DNA of 59,338 nt, filler included. It is 7 parts of 7 records of this genome, joined end to end, with 100 filler letters (N's around TTAATTAATTAA, not from the genome) between each part and the next. Parts side by side here need not be neighbours in the genome. Positions count along the whole stretch, not along the records: positions 11,232 to 24,401 come from SRR31156797_51653; positions 24,502 to 29,960 come from SRR31156797_51700; positions 30,061 to 37,179 come from SRR31156797_51712; 4 more parts are not named here. One strand, 5' to 3'. Of this stretch, positions 19,954 through 30,090 are shown piece after piece. The notes under the pieces are model-generated. The model worked only from the letters and a program-made list of their open reading frames with translations, was not told the DNA's origin and did no database searches. The position numbers and the translations under genes are program-made. Every line of letters starts with the position of its first letter. Position 1 is the first letter of the stretch.

Positions 19954-22371
19954 ATGATTCACAATTACCTAAAGATTGCTTTCCGAAACCTGTTAAAAAA
20001 CAAACTGTTTACCTTTATTAATATTACCGGTTTGGTTATTAGTATGGTGGTGGCCTTGCTTATTTTCAACTATGTGAGTTTTGAGCGCAGCTACGATACC
20101 GTGCATACAGATGCAGATCGGATTTACCGTGTTGAAAGCCAGTTTTACGAGGGCGAAACCTTAACCGATGATTGGGCAACAGCATCGTTTGGTTATGCCA
20201 GTGCCATGAAAGAAAACATTCCCGGAATTGAAGATTATGTGCGTGTAGCCATAAATAATACCGAGCAAGTGGTGAGCTTTGGCGAGCACAAGTCGCGCGA
20301 AAACACAGTGGTGGTTACCGAATCTTCGTTGTTCTCCATTTTTTCGTTTCAGCTACTCGAGGGCGATATTGCAACAGCCTTAAACAGTCCCAACAAAGTT
20401 GTTATTTCGCAACTTGCGGCGCATAAGTTCTTTAAAAATGAGAACCCTTTAGGGAAAGTTCTAAAATTCCGAACTCTTAATCAAACCGTTGAATGTGAGG
20501 TGAGCGGGGTAATCAAAGATATTCCTGCAAACAATCATTTCAATTTTGATTATTTTATTTCGTGGGATACCCAATCCGATTGGATCAAGAATACCTGGTA
20601 TTTGCATGAAACGTATTCATATGTTAAGCTTCAACCCGGAACTTCGCCCGAAAGTATCGAACGCGCTTTCCCCGAAATGGCTGAGAAATACAAAACTCAC
20701 GATGCCCTTAAAAACAAAACGTGGGCCATTACTCTGCAACCTTTACTCGATATTCACCTGACCCCTCAAAAACAGTATGAACGAGAGGCTAAAGGAAATG
20801 CAAAGGCCGTAAATGCCTTGATAATTATAGCCTTTTCCATATTGTTTATCGCCTGGATAAACTACATAAATTTAACCACATCGCGTTCGCTGGAAAGAGC
20901 TCGTGAGGTAGGTGTCCGGAAAGTTTCCGGGGCTCAAAAAAGGCAGCTGATTATTCAGTTCTTAACCGAATCAACCATTGTTAATGTGTTTTCGTTGCTT
21001 ATTGCAATTGGATTGTTCTCGCTTTTAATACCAACTTTTAATTCGTTTATTGGGAAAAATATTGGTTTTGCTATTTTGTTTATGCCACAATTCTGGGTAT
21101 TGGTTGCTTTGTTTTTAATAACTGGTATTGTGTTGTCAGGTTTATATCCTTCGTTTGTATTGTCGAATGTAAAACCGGCCATTATTCTGAAAGGTAAATA
21201 CCTAAACTCCAAAAATGCAGGATGGGTACGAAAAGGATTGGTAGTTTTCCAATTTTCAGCATCATTAATTTTAATATGCGGAACTTTAATTGTTTATGCC
21301 CAACTAAATTACATGCAAGATCAGCCCCTTGGTGTGGATATTGATAAAACTCTGGTTTTAAAATTTCCTGCTCAAACCGATAAGCTCATGGAAAAGGTGA
21401 TGAGTTTTAAACGAGAATTGAAAGCGTTACCTGATGTGAAAAATGTGACCATTTCAAATGCTGTTCCGGGCATGGAAGTGGCCTATTTTATTTCAAACAG
21501 GTTGTATGAAGATGCAACGAAACAAAACCGGCTTTATGAAATGCAAACAGTAGATTGGGATTTTATAAATACCTATGATTTGGATCTGTTGGAGGGCCGA
21601 GGATTTGATAAGTCGTTTACAAGCGATGTAAAAAGCGTGATACTTAACGAGGAATCGGTGAAGGAGTTGGGTTTTGCGAGCAATACGGAAGCTTTAGGGC
21701 AAAAGGTTTTAATGGAAGGAAGAAGCGAACCACACGAGGTAATAGGAGTTGTTGCCAATTATCATCAGCAATCGTTGAATAAGGCTTTTACTCCAATTAT
21801 GATGATTATGTATAACAGTATTGGTTGGATTGCTCCGAAATATATTTCAGTTAAAATTAATTCGACTGATATTGCCTCAGCATCGGGTAAAATTAATAAT
21901 CTATGGGAGGCATTTTTTCCTCAATCTACTTACGATTATTTTTTTACCAACCAGTTTTACGATGCCCAATATACCCTCGACCGTAAGTTTGCAAGCATTT
22001 TTGGTTTGTTTGCGGTACTGGCCATTTTTATTGCTTGCCTGGGATTATGGGCTTTGGCCTTATTTGCCGGATTAATCCGCAAAAAAGAAATGGGAGTGCG
22101 AAAAGCTCTTGGGGCATCTAATATCAGTTTGTTTTACAGCCTCTCGCGCGAGTTTGTTTACCTTACCTTTTATGCAGCAGCACTGGGCATTCCGTTGGCC
22201 TTTTTTATCATGAATGAGTGGATTGGGTCTTATGCATTTCAAACCCAATTGAAATGGTGGTTTTTTGCATTGCCGGTATTGGTATTGATTATTATCGCTA
22301 CTTTAACAATTAGTTACCAAACCTTCAAAACAGCACGATCGAGTGCAGTGGAAAGTTTGAAGTATGAGTAG
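19954..22371 (+). CDS. MacB/FtsX-family ABC transporter permease
   Basis: MIHNYLKIAFRNL start, REVGVRKVSGA motif; ends VESLKYE. Confidence 0.9.
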   Translation: MIHNYLKIAFRNLLKNKLFTFINITGLVISMVVALLIFNYVSFERSYDTVHTDADRIYRVESQFYEGETLTDDWATASFGYASAMKENIPGIEDYVRVAINNTEQVVSFGEHKSRENTVVVTESSLFSIFSFQLLEGDIATALNSPNKVVISQLAAHKFFKNENPLGKVLKFRTLNQTVECEVSGVIKDIPANNHFNFDYFISWDTQSDWIKNTWYLHETYSYVKLQPGTSPESIERAFPEMAEKYKTHDALKNKTWAITLQPLLDIHLTPQKQYEREAKGNAKAVNALIIIAFSILFIAWINYINLTTSRSLERAREVGVRKVSGAQKRQLIIQFLTESTIVNVFSLLIAIGLFSLLIPTFNSFIGKNIGFAILFMPQFWVLVALFLITGIVLSGLYPSFVLSNVKPAIILKGKYLNSKNAGWVRKGLVVFQFSASLILICGTLIVYAQLNYMQDQPLGVDIDKTLVLKFPAQTDKLMEKVMSFKRELKALPDVKNVTISNAVPGMEVAYFISNRLYEDATKQNRLYEMQTVDWDFINTYDLDLLEGRGFDKSFTSDVKSVILNEESVKELGFASNTEALGQKVLMEGRSEPHEVIGVVANYHQQSLNKAFTPIMMIMYNSIGWIAPKYISVKINSTDIASASGKINNLWEAFFPQSTYDYFFTNQFYDAQYTLDRKFASIFGLFAVLAIFIACLGLWALALFAGLIRKKEMGVRKALGASNISLFYSLSREFVYLTFYAAALGIPLAFFIMNEWIGSYAFQTQLKWWFFALPVLVLIIIATLTISYQTFKTARSSAVESLKYE

Positions 22372-22485
22372 CCTGCTATCGATATCCTCTGATTCCCTAA
22401 AGGATTTAGGAGTGAAAAAATTAAGATAAAATACAAATAAAATGAAGAGCTCAGAACTAGAAGCTCTCTACTAAAAGCTAGTTTT

Positions 22486-23187
22486 ATGATACAATTAAAA
22501 AACATCGACAAGTATTACGACGCAAAATTTCAGCGGACGTTTGTTTTAAAACGAGTGAATTTAAATATAGAACAAGGTGAATTTGTTTCAATAATGGGGC
22601 CTAGTGGTGCAGGAAAATCAACCTTGCTAAACATTATTGGATTTTTAGATGAGCCCAGCGAGGGGGAGTACCTTTTTTTGGAGCAACCAGCCAACAAACT
22701 AAAAGAAAAACAAAAAGTACAGTACCATCGTAGCCACATTGGTTTTATATTTCAGGCTTTTCATTTAATTGAAGAAATGAATGTGTACGAAAACATTGAA
22801 ACACCATTGGTATATCGTGGAGTTAAAGGAAAAGAACGCAAAGCTATGGTTGCCGAAATGCTGGACCGGTTTAACATTGTAGCCAAAAAAGATCTTTTCC
22901 CAAGCCAGCTTTCGGGTGGACAGCAACAATTGGTTGCCATTGCACGTGCCATTGTTGGCAGTCCAAAACTTTTACTTGCCGACGAGCCAACCGGTAATTT
23001 ACACAGCGAACAGGGACAAATGATTATGGAATTGCTGAAAAAGTTAAATGATGAAGGAATGACCATAATTCAGGTTACCCACTCGGAAGAAAATGCAAAA
23101 TATGGTGACCGGATTATTCGTCTGAAAGATGGGTATGTAAAAGAAGAGAACACCAAAGAAAAGGTTCAGGTTTCAAGTGAACAATAA
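22486..23187 (+). CDS. ABC transporter ATP-binding protein (LolD/MacB type)
   Basis: [16 protein letters not shown] and [10 protein letters not shown] motifs. Confidence 0.95.
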   Translation: MIQLKNIDKYYDAKFQRTFVLKRVNLNIEQGEFVSIMGPSGAGKSTLLNIIGFLDEPSEGEYLFLEQPANKLKEKQKVQYHRSHIGFIFQAFHLIEEMNVYENIETPLVYRGVKGKERKAMVAEMLDRFNIVAKKDLFPSQLSGGQQQLVAIARAIVGSPKLLLADEPTGNLHSEQGQMIMELLKKLNDEGMTIIQVTHSEENAKYGDRIIRLKDGYVKEENTKEKVQVSSEQ

Positions 23188-23299
23188 TTTATAAAAGGCA
23201 GATTAGGAAATCTGTAAACAGCTTATTTTGGTTATGCAGATTTCATTTTTCTGAGGACGATTTTTGTAAAGTTTAACGCATTTTAAGTTATAGATTGGT

Positions 23300-24400
23300 T
23301 TAATTGCCCTTTGTTTCTCGGTATTTACCAGGGCTAATGCCTTCAAATTCTTTAAAAACACGAGAGAAAGAGGCCACGGAACCAAAACCACTTTTTTCGG
23401 CGATATACTCCATATTGTATTTTTTTGTGGTTTTCTGATCTAGCAGGTTTTTAGCTTCCTTAATCCTGTAATTGTTAACGAACTCGTTAAAGTTCATATT
23501 AAACTCTTCGTTTATCAAACGTGAAATATAGGTTCGGTTTGTATTTAAAGATTCTGAAACAGTATTAATCCTCAGGTCATTCATTCTGTAAATGGCTTCG
23601 GTCTCAAAGAGGTTCAAGAGCTTGGATTTTAATTCATTTGTTGGTGCATCATCTTTGTTTTTTTGTTCCTCTTTGGGTACGGGTAAATTATCGTATAAAC
23701 TTTCTTTAATCTGAATTTGAAGGTTTCCTTTGTAGCCAATTGCAAAAAATATGCACGTGAAGAAGATTGATGGACCAACCAGCATTGGCTCGTGATTTGC
23801 AAAATAACTTCTGCCCATTAATGCAAAAAAAACAGCTGCAGCCGAAATTATCAGGGCTATTATACTTACATCTTTTACCCAATACATTCTGCGACCTTCT
23901 GTATTAGAGAAAAAGTTATTAATAGTTTGATTGTGTTTATTGGCTATTCGAATACCCAAAGTTAAATAAACTCCTGTTTGTATTATAAATACAATCCGGC
24001 TAAAAAGAAATACTAAACCTTTAATGCCTGTAAGTGTGTCAAGTTGCAGGTTTTTTAGGTTTTTCTCAATAAGCAATTCTTTTACATAGTAGATTCGTTC
24101 GTCGGGCGATAAAAAAAATGTAAGGATCAAAGATAGAATCCCAAAAAATAATCCCGGAATGAAGTGTCGTAAAATGTGTTTTGGAATATTAATTCGTATG
24201 GTGGCTAGTACGAGAATATAAGTATAGTATAAAGGATAAAGTGATAGCCCGGAATAAAGGTAAAGGCTTTCAAAAAAAGCGTATAAATGATAAAATTTGT
24301 TGAAAAAAACAGTGTGAGATAAATATAAGAATGAGGCAAACAGCAGAAGGATACCCAGCACATGTTTGCCCACATTGGTAGATTTTTTTTGTATTAAAAA
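23300..24400 (-). CDS. Membrane-anchored AraC-family regulator, 5' truncated
   Basis: Multi-TM N-terminus and C-terminal AraC HTH (NRTYISRLIN...GFGSVASFSRVFK..G.SP). Frame stays open to the contig end. Confidence 0.85.
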   Translation of the reverse strand, partial: FLIQKKSTNVGKHVLGILLLFASFLYLSHTVFFNKFYHLYAFFESLYLYSGLSLYPLYYTYILVLATIRINIPKHILRHFIPGLFFGILSLILTFFLSPDERIYYVKELLIEKNLKNLQLDTLTGIKGLVFLFSRIVFIIQTGVYLTLGIRIANKHNQTINNFFSNTEGRRMYWVKDVSIIALIISAAAVFFALMGRSYFANHEPMLVGPSIFFTCIFFAIGYKGNLQIQIKESLYDNLPVPKEEQKNKDDAPTNELKSKLLNLFETEAIYRMNDLRINTVSESLNTNRTYISRLINEEFNMNFNEFVNNYRIKEAKNLLDQKTTKKYNMEYIAEKSGFGSVASFSRVFKEFEGISPGKYRETKGN

Positions 24401-24401
24401 T

Positions 24402-24501
24402 NNNNNNNNNNNNNNNNNNNNNNNNNNNNNNNNNNNNNNNNNNNNTTAATTAATTAANNNNNNNNNNNNNNNNNNNNNNNNNNNNNNNNNNNNNNNNNNN
24501 N
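24402..24501. other. Artificial contig linker
   Basis: N44-TTAATTAATTAA-N44. Confidence 0.98.
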
Positions 24502-24659
24502 AGATTGGGAAAAATAACCATTTATGGACGATGCCGGCTGATCCACCGTCGACATTTATTCCTCCAAATGCTATGCTCCAATTGTTATGCTTTTCCTGAA
24601 CATCTATTTGGGCTGTTTGAGGAATCTAACTGATATTACAATATGGAAGCTTGCAGTAT

Positions 24660-26234
24660 ATGACCAGGTATTCATTTCGATTGCTGGACACAGGCCTTTT
24701 GTCTGCGGCGGAAAATATGGCTTTGGATGAAATAATTGTCGATGAAGTCGCTTCCGGCCGCTCCCTCCCAACATTCAGGTTTTTAAGATTTTCACCTCCG
24801 GCCGCGCTGGTCGGCCGGCATCAGGATCTGTCACGCGAAATACGTGAAGATTTCTGCCGAGATAACGGCATCGACGTCAACAGGAGAATCACCGGGGGCG
24901 GAAGCCTTTATTTCCAGACATCCGCCCTGGGCTGGGAAATCTTCGGACGGCAGGGCGATAAGCCGTTTAATGGTTCATACGATCGGATTCTTGAGAAAAT
25001 CTGCATGGCCGCGGCCGAGGCCCTGAAACGGCTCGGGGTTGAGGCTCAATTTCGGCCGCGAAACGATATTGAAGTGCAAGGCAGGAAAATAAGCGGCACC
25101 GGAGGCGTTTATTCCGATCGCGGTTACATGTTTCAAGGGACTCTGTTAATTGAGAATGAAATCGAGCTGTTTTTAAAGAGCCTGCGGGTGCCTGTTGAAA
25201 AATTGAAAAAAAGAGAAATCGAATCCCTGCAACAGCGGATGTGCTTCTTGAACGACCTGCTTGGGTGCAGCCCTCCAATTGAAGAAATAAAAGATATTTA
25301 TATCCAAACGTTTTCCGACCGGTTCAATATAGAGTTCATAAAAGACGGCTTGACAGTGCATGAAAAAGCCGCCCTGGAAGATAAGCTGGGATACTATGAG
25401 TCCGATGAATGGGTTTACGGGATCAAGCATAAGTCTTCGTCCTCGAAATATTGGTATCTCTACCAGACGGACGCCGGCACGCTGCGCATTCACATCTGGG
25501 TGGAACCCAAAAGAAACATGATTCGGCAGGTTTTGATCACCGGAGACTTTTTCTGCCGTCCCGCGCGATTTGTGCTGGACCTTGAAGCTTCACTCAAGTT
25601 CGCCATGCTGGAAGAGGAAGAACTCAGGCAAAAGGTAGAGGATTTTTACCGCTCAAACGACGGCGAGTTCATCGGCATATCCGCGGATCAGATTATTGAA
25701 GCCCTGGTCAGCGTGGTCAGGAAAATGGAGTTTAAGCAGCTTGATTTGAACCCGGACGATGTGAATGAAATATTCATGGTCAATATGACCGCCAAGGACG
25801 CAGAAAGCAGTAAGCTTCGATGGCTGCTGCTGCCTTATTGCTCGAAGAAGATCGACTGCGATTACCGGAAGATTCCGGATTGCATCCAATGCGGCGACTG
25901 CGACTTTGACGATATGTATCAATATGCTCAGGATAATGACCTGGTTCCCTACAGTATCCAAAGCTTTGAACATCTTATGGAAGTTCTAAATGAAATAAAA
26001 CATGAGCCGGGAATTTTCATTGGCAGTTGCTGCGAGGCTTTCTATTCAAAACATCAAAGGGAAATGGAAGAGTGCGGCGCCACGGGCTTGCTGGTCAACC
26101 TGGATTCCACAACCTGCTATGACCTGGGCAAGGGCATGGACGCTTATGCCGGCCGTTTTGACAACCAGACCGAAATGAACCGCGAGTTGATTAAAAAGCT
26201 GGCCGATAAAGTCAAGGGCAATGGCAATCATTAA
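24660..26234 (+). CDS. Lipoate-protein ligase (catalytic + accessory domains) fused to a C-terminal Cys-rich DUF116-like domain
   Basis: NMALDE, RRITGGG, RNDI..GRKISG and ITGDFF motifs. C-terminal LLLPYC...C..C..CG.C...GSCC...C. ATG 24660 preferred over TTG 24651. Confidence 0.85.
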   Translation: MTRYSFRLLDTGLLSAAENMALDEIIVDEVASGRSLPTFRFLRFSPPAALVGRHQDLSREIREDFCRDNGIDVNRRITGGGSLYFQTSALGWEIFGRQGDKPFNGSYDRILEKICMAAAEALKRLGVEAQFRPRNDIEVQGRKISGTGGVYSDRGYMFQGTLLIENEIELFLKSLRVPVEKLKKREIESLQQRMCFLNDLLGCSPPIEEIKDIYIQTFSDRFNIEFIKDGLTVHEKAALEDKLGYYESDEWVYGIKHKSSSSKYWYLYQTDAGTLRIHIWVEPKRNMIRQVLITGDFFCRPARFVLDLEASLKFAMLEEEELRQKVEDFYRSNDGEFIGISADQIIEALVSVVRKMEFKQLDLNPDDVNEIFMVNMTAKDAESSKLRWLLLPYCSKKIDCDYRKIPDCIQCGDCDFDDMYQYAQDNDLVPYSIQSFEHLMEVLNEIKHEPGIFIGSCCEAFYSKHQREMEECGATGLLVNLDSTTCYDLGKGMDAYAGRFDNQTEMNRELIKKLADKVKGNGNH

Positions 26235-27285
26235 AGTTGACATACTGGTCGTCGGCGCGGGACCGGCGGGAGCGGCCGCGGCCGGTTCGGCCGCGGAAGC
26301 GGGCGCCGACGTCATGTTGATTGACGCCAAGCGAAGCATCGGCTCGGAACCGCATTGCGCCGAATACATTCCGCGCATGCTGGGGCTTGAAATGGAAATC
26401 CCGGAGAGGGCCGTCGTCCAAAAGGTCGAAGCCATGGAAACCAGGCTGCCCGGTCAAACGGCTGAAACAAAAGCTCCGGGGTTTATTTTGGACCGGTTCA
26501 GGTTTGACCATGGATTGGCTGAACAAGCGGCTGTTAAAGGCTGTAGAGTGCTTTCCGGGACGAGGCTGACCGTAATTGAAGACAATGGCGACATTATCAT
26601 AAAAACGCCAAGTGGAACGGAGCAAATCCGGGCGGGCGCGGTAATTGCCGCCGACGGCGCCGGGTCGTCCATCAGGCGTCGGCTTGGACTTCCTTCTTTT
26701 AATAAGCTGACAGGCGTCCAGGTAGAAGTTCCTCTGGCCCTATCCTTAAGCCGCACCATAATTGTTTTCAGAAAGGAATACAGACATGGTTACGCCTGGC
26801 TTTTTCCCAAGGGCGATATGGGAAATCTGGGTTTGGGAATGAAAGAAACCTCGCCGGGACAAGCCTGGATGCTGCTTGAAAAACTCCGGGATGAGCTTGT
26901 CAGGGCGCAAGTTGTCGGAAACAGCGTCCTACGCCGTTCCGTGGGCGCGATACCGGTCAGCGGGCCGGATATAGAATTTCATAAAGGTCGAATTCTTTTT
27001 TGCGGGGATGCAGCCGGTTTGACGCATCCCGTCACCGGGGCCGGAATTCCCCAGGCGGTGCTGTCCGGCGACCAGGCCGGTAAATCCGCCGCCACAGGCC
27101 TTTCCGGGGACTGGAATGAGGCGATGAATGAATACCGGGAAGAAATTGTGTGGCGGTTTGGGCGGACTCTGGATTGGGCCCTGGAAAAACGCCGCCTAAT
27201 GGAAAAAGAGTGGGAATCCATGGATTTTGAAACCTTGATAATGAAAACATGGCCGGCGTTCGAGGAATATCGCAAGGCGTCGTAA
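26221..27285 (+). CDS. Geranylgeranyl-reductase-like FAD oxidoreductase (LipT-like)
   Basis: VVGAGPAG, CAEY, AADG, YAWLFPKG and GDAAG..HP.TG.GI motifs. Lies between the ligase and LipS1/LipS2. Confidence 0.8.
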   Translation: MAIIKVDILVVGAGPAGAAAAGSAAEAGADVMLIDAKRSIGSEPHCAEYIPRMLGLEMEIPERAVVQKVEAMETRLPGQTAETKAPGFILDRFRFDHGLAEQAAVKGCRVLSGTRLTVIEDNGDIIIKTPSGTEQIRAGAVIAADGAGSSIRRRLGLPSFNKLTGVQVEVPLALSLSRTIIVFRKEYRHGYAWLFPKGDMGNLGLGMKETSPGQAWMLLEKLRDELVRAQVVGNSVLRRSVGAIPVSGPDIEFHKGRILFCGDAAGLTHPVTGAGIPQAVLSGDQAGKSAATGLSGDWNEAMNEYREEIVWRFGRTLDWALEKRRLMEKEWESMDFETLIMKTWPAFEEYRKAS

Positions 27286-27310
27286 AACTATTAATATGGA
27301 ATAAAATCAA

Positions 27311-28309
27311 TTGCTGAAGCCTGCTGAAAATGAGTTCCCGGATGCATCTCTACAGGAAGCCCGGGAAATTTCTTATAGACATTTTGGAAAAAAAATAGAA
27401 TTTTTTCTGCCCGGCATGTTTATCATGGACGGGCGGATGGGCAGATATCCGGCTGTCAGCATAACCGGAGGCCGGTGCGAACTGCAATGCGACCACTGCC
27501 GGGGACGGCTGCTGGCCCCCATGATCGATGCACAAAATCCGGATAATCTTTTTAACATCGCCCTTAAAATGAAAGAAAAAGGAAGATTGGGGCTGTTGAT
27601 CAGCGGGGGGAGCAATCTTTCTGGCGCTTTGCCCTGGTCCCGATTTATAAAAACAATCGAAAAAATCGTTAATGAGACAGGTTTGATTGTGACCGTGCAC
27701 GCCGGGTATTTGAATCGAGAAACGGCGGAAGGTCTTAAAAGCGCCGGCGCGGCCCAGGCCCTGGTGGATGTTATCGGCGACGATGAAACCGCGAAGAAGG
27801 TATATCATCTCGAACGGGGGACGGCTGTTGTCCGCGAAACACTGGACGCGCTGGCCGCGGCCGGCCTGGAAGCCGTTCCCCATATAGTGCTTGGTTTGAA
27901 TTACGGCCGCATTATCGGAGAATACCAGGCTGTGGACATGCTGGCCGACTACAAGCCGGCGCGCCTGGTGACCGTTGTTTTAAGTCCGATGTCCGGCACG
28001 CCCATGAAGAATGTCGATGTTCCTTCTCCCGCCCGGGCGGCCGAATTTCTGGTATATGCCAGAAAAAAACTGCCCGATTCGTTCCATCATCTCGGATGCG
28101 CACGACCTCGAGGCCCATACCGCTGGGAACTGGACCGTTTGGCGGTTAAGGCGGGGGTGAATGCACTGGCGCTTCCCTCGGATACTGCCCTTAAGGAAGC
28201 AGAAGATTCAGGACTCGAAACATATTGTTATGAAACATGCTGTTCTTTGGCGGGCAGGGAAGAGTTGAAACAGTTTCCCTCCGTCCAATTCGGATTAAAG
28301 GAGAAATAA
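27311..28309 (+). CDS. lipS1: Radical SAM lipoyl synthase subunit LipS1-like
   Basis: CELQCDHC radical SAM motif plus the C-terminal GCAR and TCC motifs described for LipS1. Confidence 0.75.
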   Translation: MLKPAENEFPDASLQEAREISYRHFGKKIEFFLPGMFIMDGRMGRYPAVSITGGRCELQCDHCRGRLLAPMIDAQNPDNLFNIALKMKEKGRLGLLISGGSNLSGALPWSRFIKTIEKIVNETGLIVTVHAGYLNRETAEGLKSAGAAQALVDVIGDDETAKKVYHLERGTAVVRETLDALAAAGLEAVPHIVLGLNYGRIIGEYQAVDMLADYKPARLVTVVLSPMSGTPMKNVDVPSPARAAEFLVYARKKLPDSFHHLGCARPRGPYRWELDRLAVKAGVNALALPSDTALKEAEDSGLETYCYETCCSLAGREELKQFPSVQFGLKEK

Positions 28310-29365
28310 ATGGAAAGCCCCGAACATGTCCGTTTATCATTGGCCGCGGCCATGACCTTGAAATTTGCACCAGGACTGTTTTATCGCAACGCCAGGCTGC
28401 GTTGCATAAACTTGTTGCTGACCTATGAAACCGGTTGCGTCGCCAATTGTTCATTCTGCGGACTGGCACGGGAAAAAAGGAAGAAAGTCGGGGATAAGGA
28501 TTTTATCCGGGTGGCTTGGAAAGCATATCCCATGGCCGATATTATCGACAGGTTAAAAAATCATCCCGATCATGTCGAGCGGGTCTGCATATCAATGATA
28601 ACTCATCCACGCTGCAAACCTGACGTTCTCACATTAACCAGGATGATCACCGAGCAAACGGATCTGCCGGTTTCCCTTTTAATTTCTCCAACCATTCTGG
28701 ATAGGGAAGACCTGGAAGCCATGAAGGAGGCAGGCGCTGAGCGAATAGGCGTGGCCATTGACTGTGCGAATCCGGATTTATTCGACCGCCTCAGGGGGCG
28801 GCAGGTTAACGGCCCGCATCGATGGGATAAATATTGGGAAATTTATGAACAGAGCATCGATGTCTTTGGAAAGGATATGGCCGGAGTCCATTTGATTGTC
28901 GGGTTGGGTGAAATGGAAAAGCAGATGACGGAAGTCATTGGCCGGTCCCGCGACATGGGCGGACTGACGCACCTTTTTTCCTTTTTCCCGGAAAAGGGCT
29001 CCGAACTGGAAGATCTTTCCCAACCGCCCATCGGACAATACAGGCGCATACAGGCGGCGCGCTATCTGATTGATACGGACCGGACCTCATTTTCAAAAAT
29101 GAAGTTTAACAGCCAAGACCAGATTGTTGATTTCGGAATAGGCCGTGATGAGATTGTGGAGGTATTGAAAGACGGCGTCGCGTTCGAAACTTCGGGCTGT
29201 CCAGGCGCTTCCGGTCAAACAGCCTGCAACAGGCCGTACGGCAACGAACGACCCGGCCCGGATATAAGGAATTTTCCCTTCAGCCTGGAACCGGACGACC
29301 TGGAAAAAGCAATGAACGAGCTATTTGATTATTCTTCAGCGATAACTCTGCGAAAAGCCGGCTGA
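28310..29365 (+). CDS. lipS2: Radical SAM lipoyl synthase subunit LipS2-like
   Basis: CVANCSFC motif plus C-terminal TSGCPG...CNRP described for LipS2. Starts immediately after the LipS1 stop. Confidence 0.75.
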   Translation: MESPEHVRLSLAAAMTLKFAPGLFYRNARLRCINLLLTYETGCVANCSFCGLAREKRKKVGDKDFIRVAWKAYPMADIIDRLKNHPDHVERVCISMITHPRCKPDVLTLTRMITEQTDLPVSLLISPTILDREDLEAMKEAGAERIGVAIDCANPDLFDRLRGRQVNGPHRWDKYWEIYEQSIDVFGKDMAGVHLIVGLGEMEKQMTEVIGRSRDMGGLTHLFSFFPEKGSELEDLSQPPIGQYRRIQAARYLIDTDRTSFSKMKFNSQDQIVDFGIGRDEIVEVLKDGVAFETSGCPGASGQTACNRPYGNERPGPDIRNFPFSLEPDDLEKAMNELFDYSSAITLRKAG

Positions 29366-29394
29366 GATCGGATAGCATTAATATAGAGTTGAAT

Positions 29395-29431
29395 AAAGTA
29401 TCCATGGCCGCTTACCGGCCATGGATACTTT
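29395..29431. terminator. Perfect 16-bp inverted repeat between convergent genes (bidirectional terminator)
   Basis: AAAGTATCCATGGCCG-cttac-CGGCCATGGATACTTT. Confidence 0.75.
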
Positions 29432-29452
29432 GTGCGACGCCGGCCTGAAGAC

Positions 29453-29959
29453 TCAACTCCAGATCTTTTCAGGGATAAAATCCTGAGACCTTGATTCCTC
29501 CAGTGATATTGCTTCCACCGGGCAGGTAACTAGACAAACTCCGCATCCCATGCACTTGTCAGCGTCAATCACCGCTATTTCTTGTTCTTCTCCGTCCGAA
29601 AGCTCAATAGCCTCGAAAATACAACGTTCCAGGCATATTTCACAAGTAGTGCACAAGTCCGGATCCACTTGAGCCCGGAAGCGGCTGGGGGCGGGAAGGT
29701 TGACCCGCTGTTGATCTACCGTGGGCATGGTTACACAACAGCAAGTGCAACAATTGCATATAATCTGGTCCGTCTGACGCTGATTGATCACCATATGAAC
29801 CAGGCCTTCTTCTTCGGCCATGCGCATGAGGTCCAGGGCTTCCGGCCTGGTCAACTGTCGCCCGACGCCCCGGGCCAGGTCGTATTCAGCCACCTTGTTG
29901 AAATGGAGGCAGACTTCCAAAGGCTTGTCGCACTTCCGTTCGGTCAGGCGGCACGGACA
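29453..29959 (-). CDS. 4Fe-4S binding protein, 5' truncated
   Basis: Frame open to the gap (CPCRLTERKCDKPLEVC). ICNCCTCCC cluster and two CxxCxxCxxxC motifs. Confidence 0.85.
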   Translation of the reverse strand, partial: CPCRLTERKCDKPLEVCLHFNKVAEYDLARGVGRQLTRPEALDLMRMAEEEGLVHMVINQRQTDQIICNCCTCCCVTMPTVDQQRVNLPAPSRFRAQVDPDLCTTCEICLERCIFEAIELSDGEEQEIAVIDADKCMGCGVCLVTCPVEAISLEESRSQDFIPEKIWS

Positions 29960-29960
29960 A

Positions 29961-30060
29961 NNNNNNNNNNNNNNNNNNNNNNNNNNNNNNNNNNNNNNNN
30001 NNNNTTAATTAATTAANNNNNNNNNNNNNNNNNNNNNNNNNNNNNNNNNNNNNNNNNNNN
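29961..30060. other. Artificial contig linker
   Basis: N44-TTAATTAATTAA-N44. Confidence 0.98.
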
Positions 30061-30090
30061 TTTTGCAAAAGGGTTTAAGCCGCCGGAGGC
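30061..30090. repeat. Fragment of a probable REP-like intergenic repeat at the contig start
   Basis: TTTTGCAAAAGGGTTTAAGCCGCCGGAGGC abuts the uup stop. The other contig end stops in related sequence (...AAAACTTTTGC). Confidence 0.45.

Noticed and set aside
27311-29365. Calling the two radical SAM genes biotin synthase or RiPP maturases
   Set aside because: LipS1/LipS2 signature motifs and linkage to a lipoate ligase fit lipoate assembly. No precursor peptide or SPASM domain is seen.
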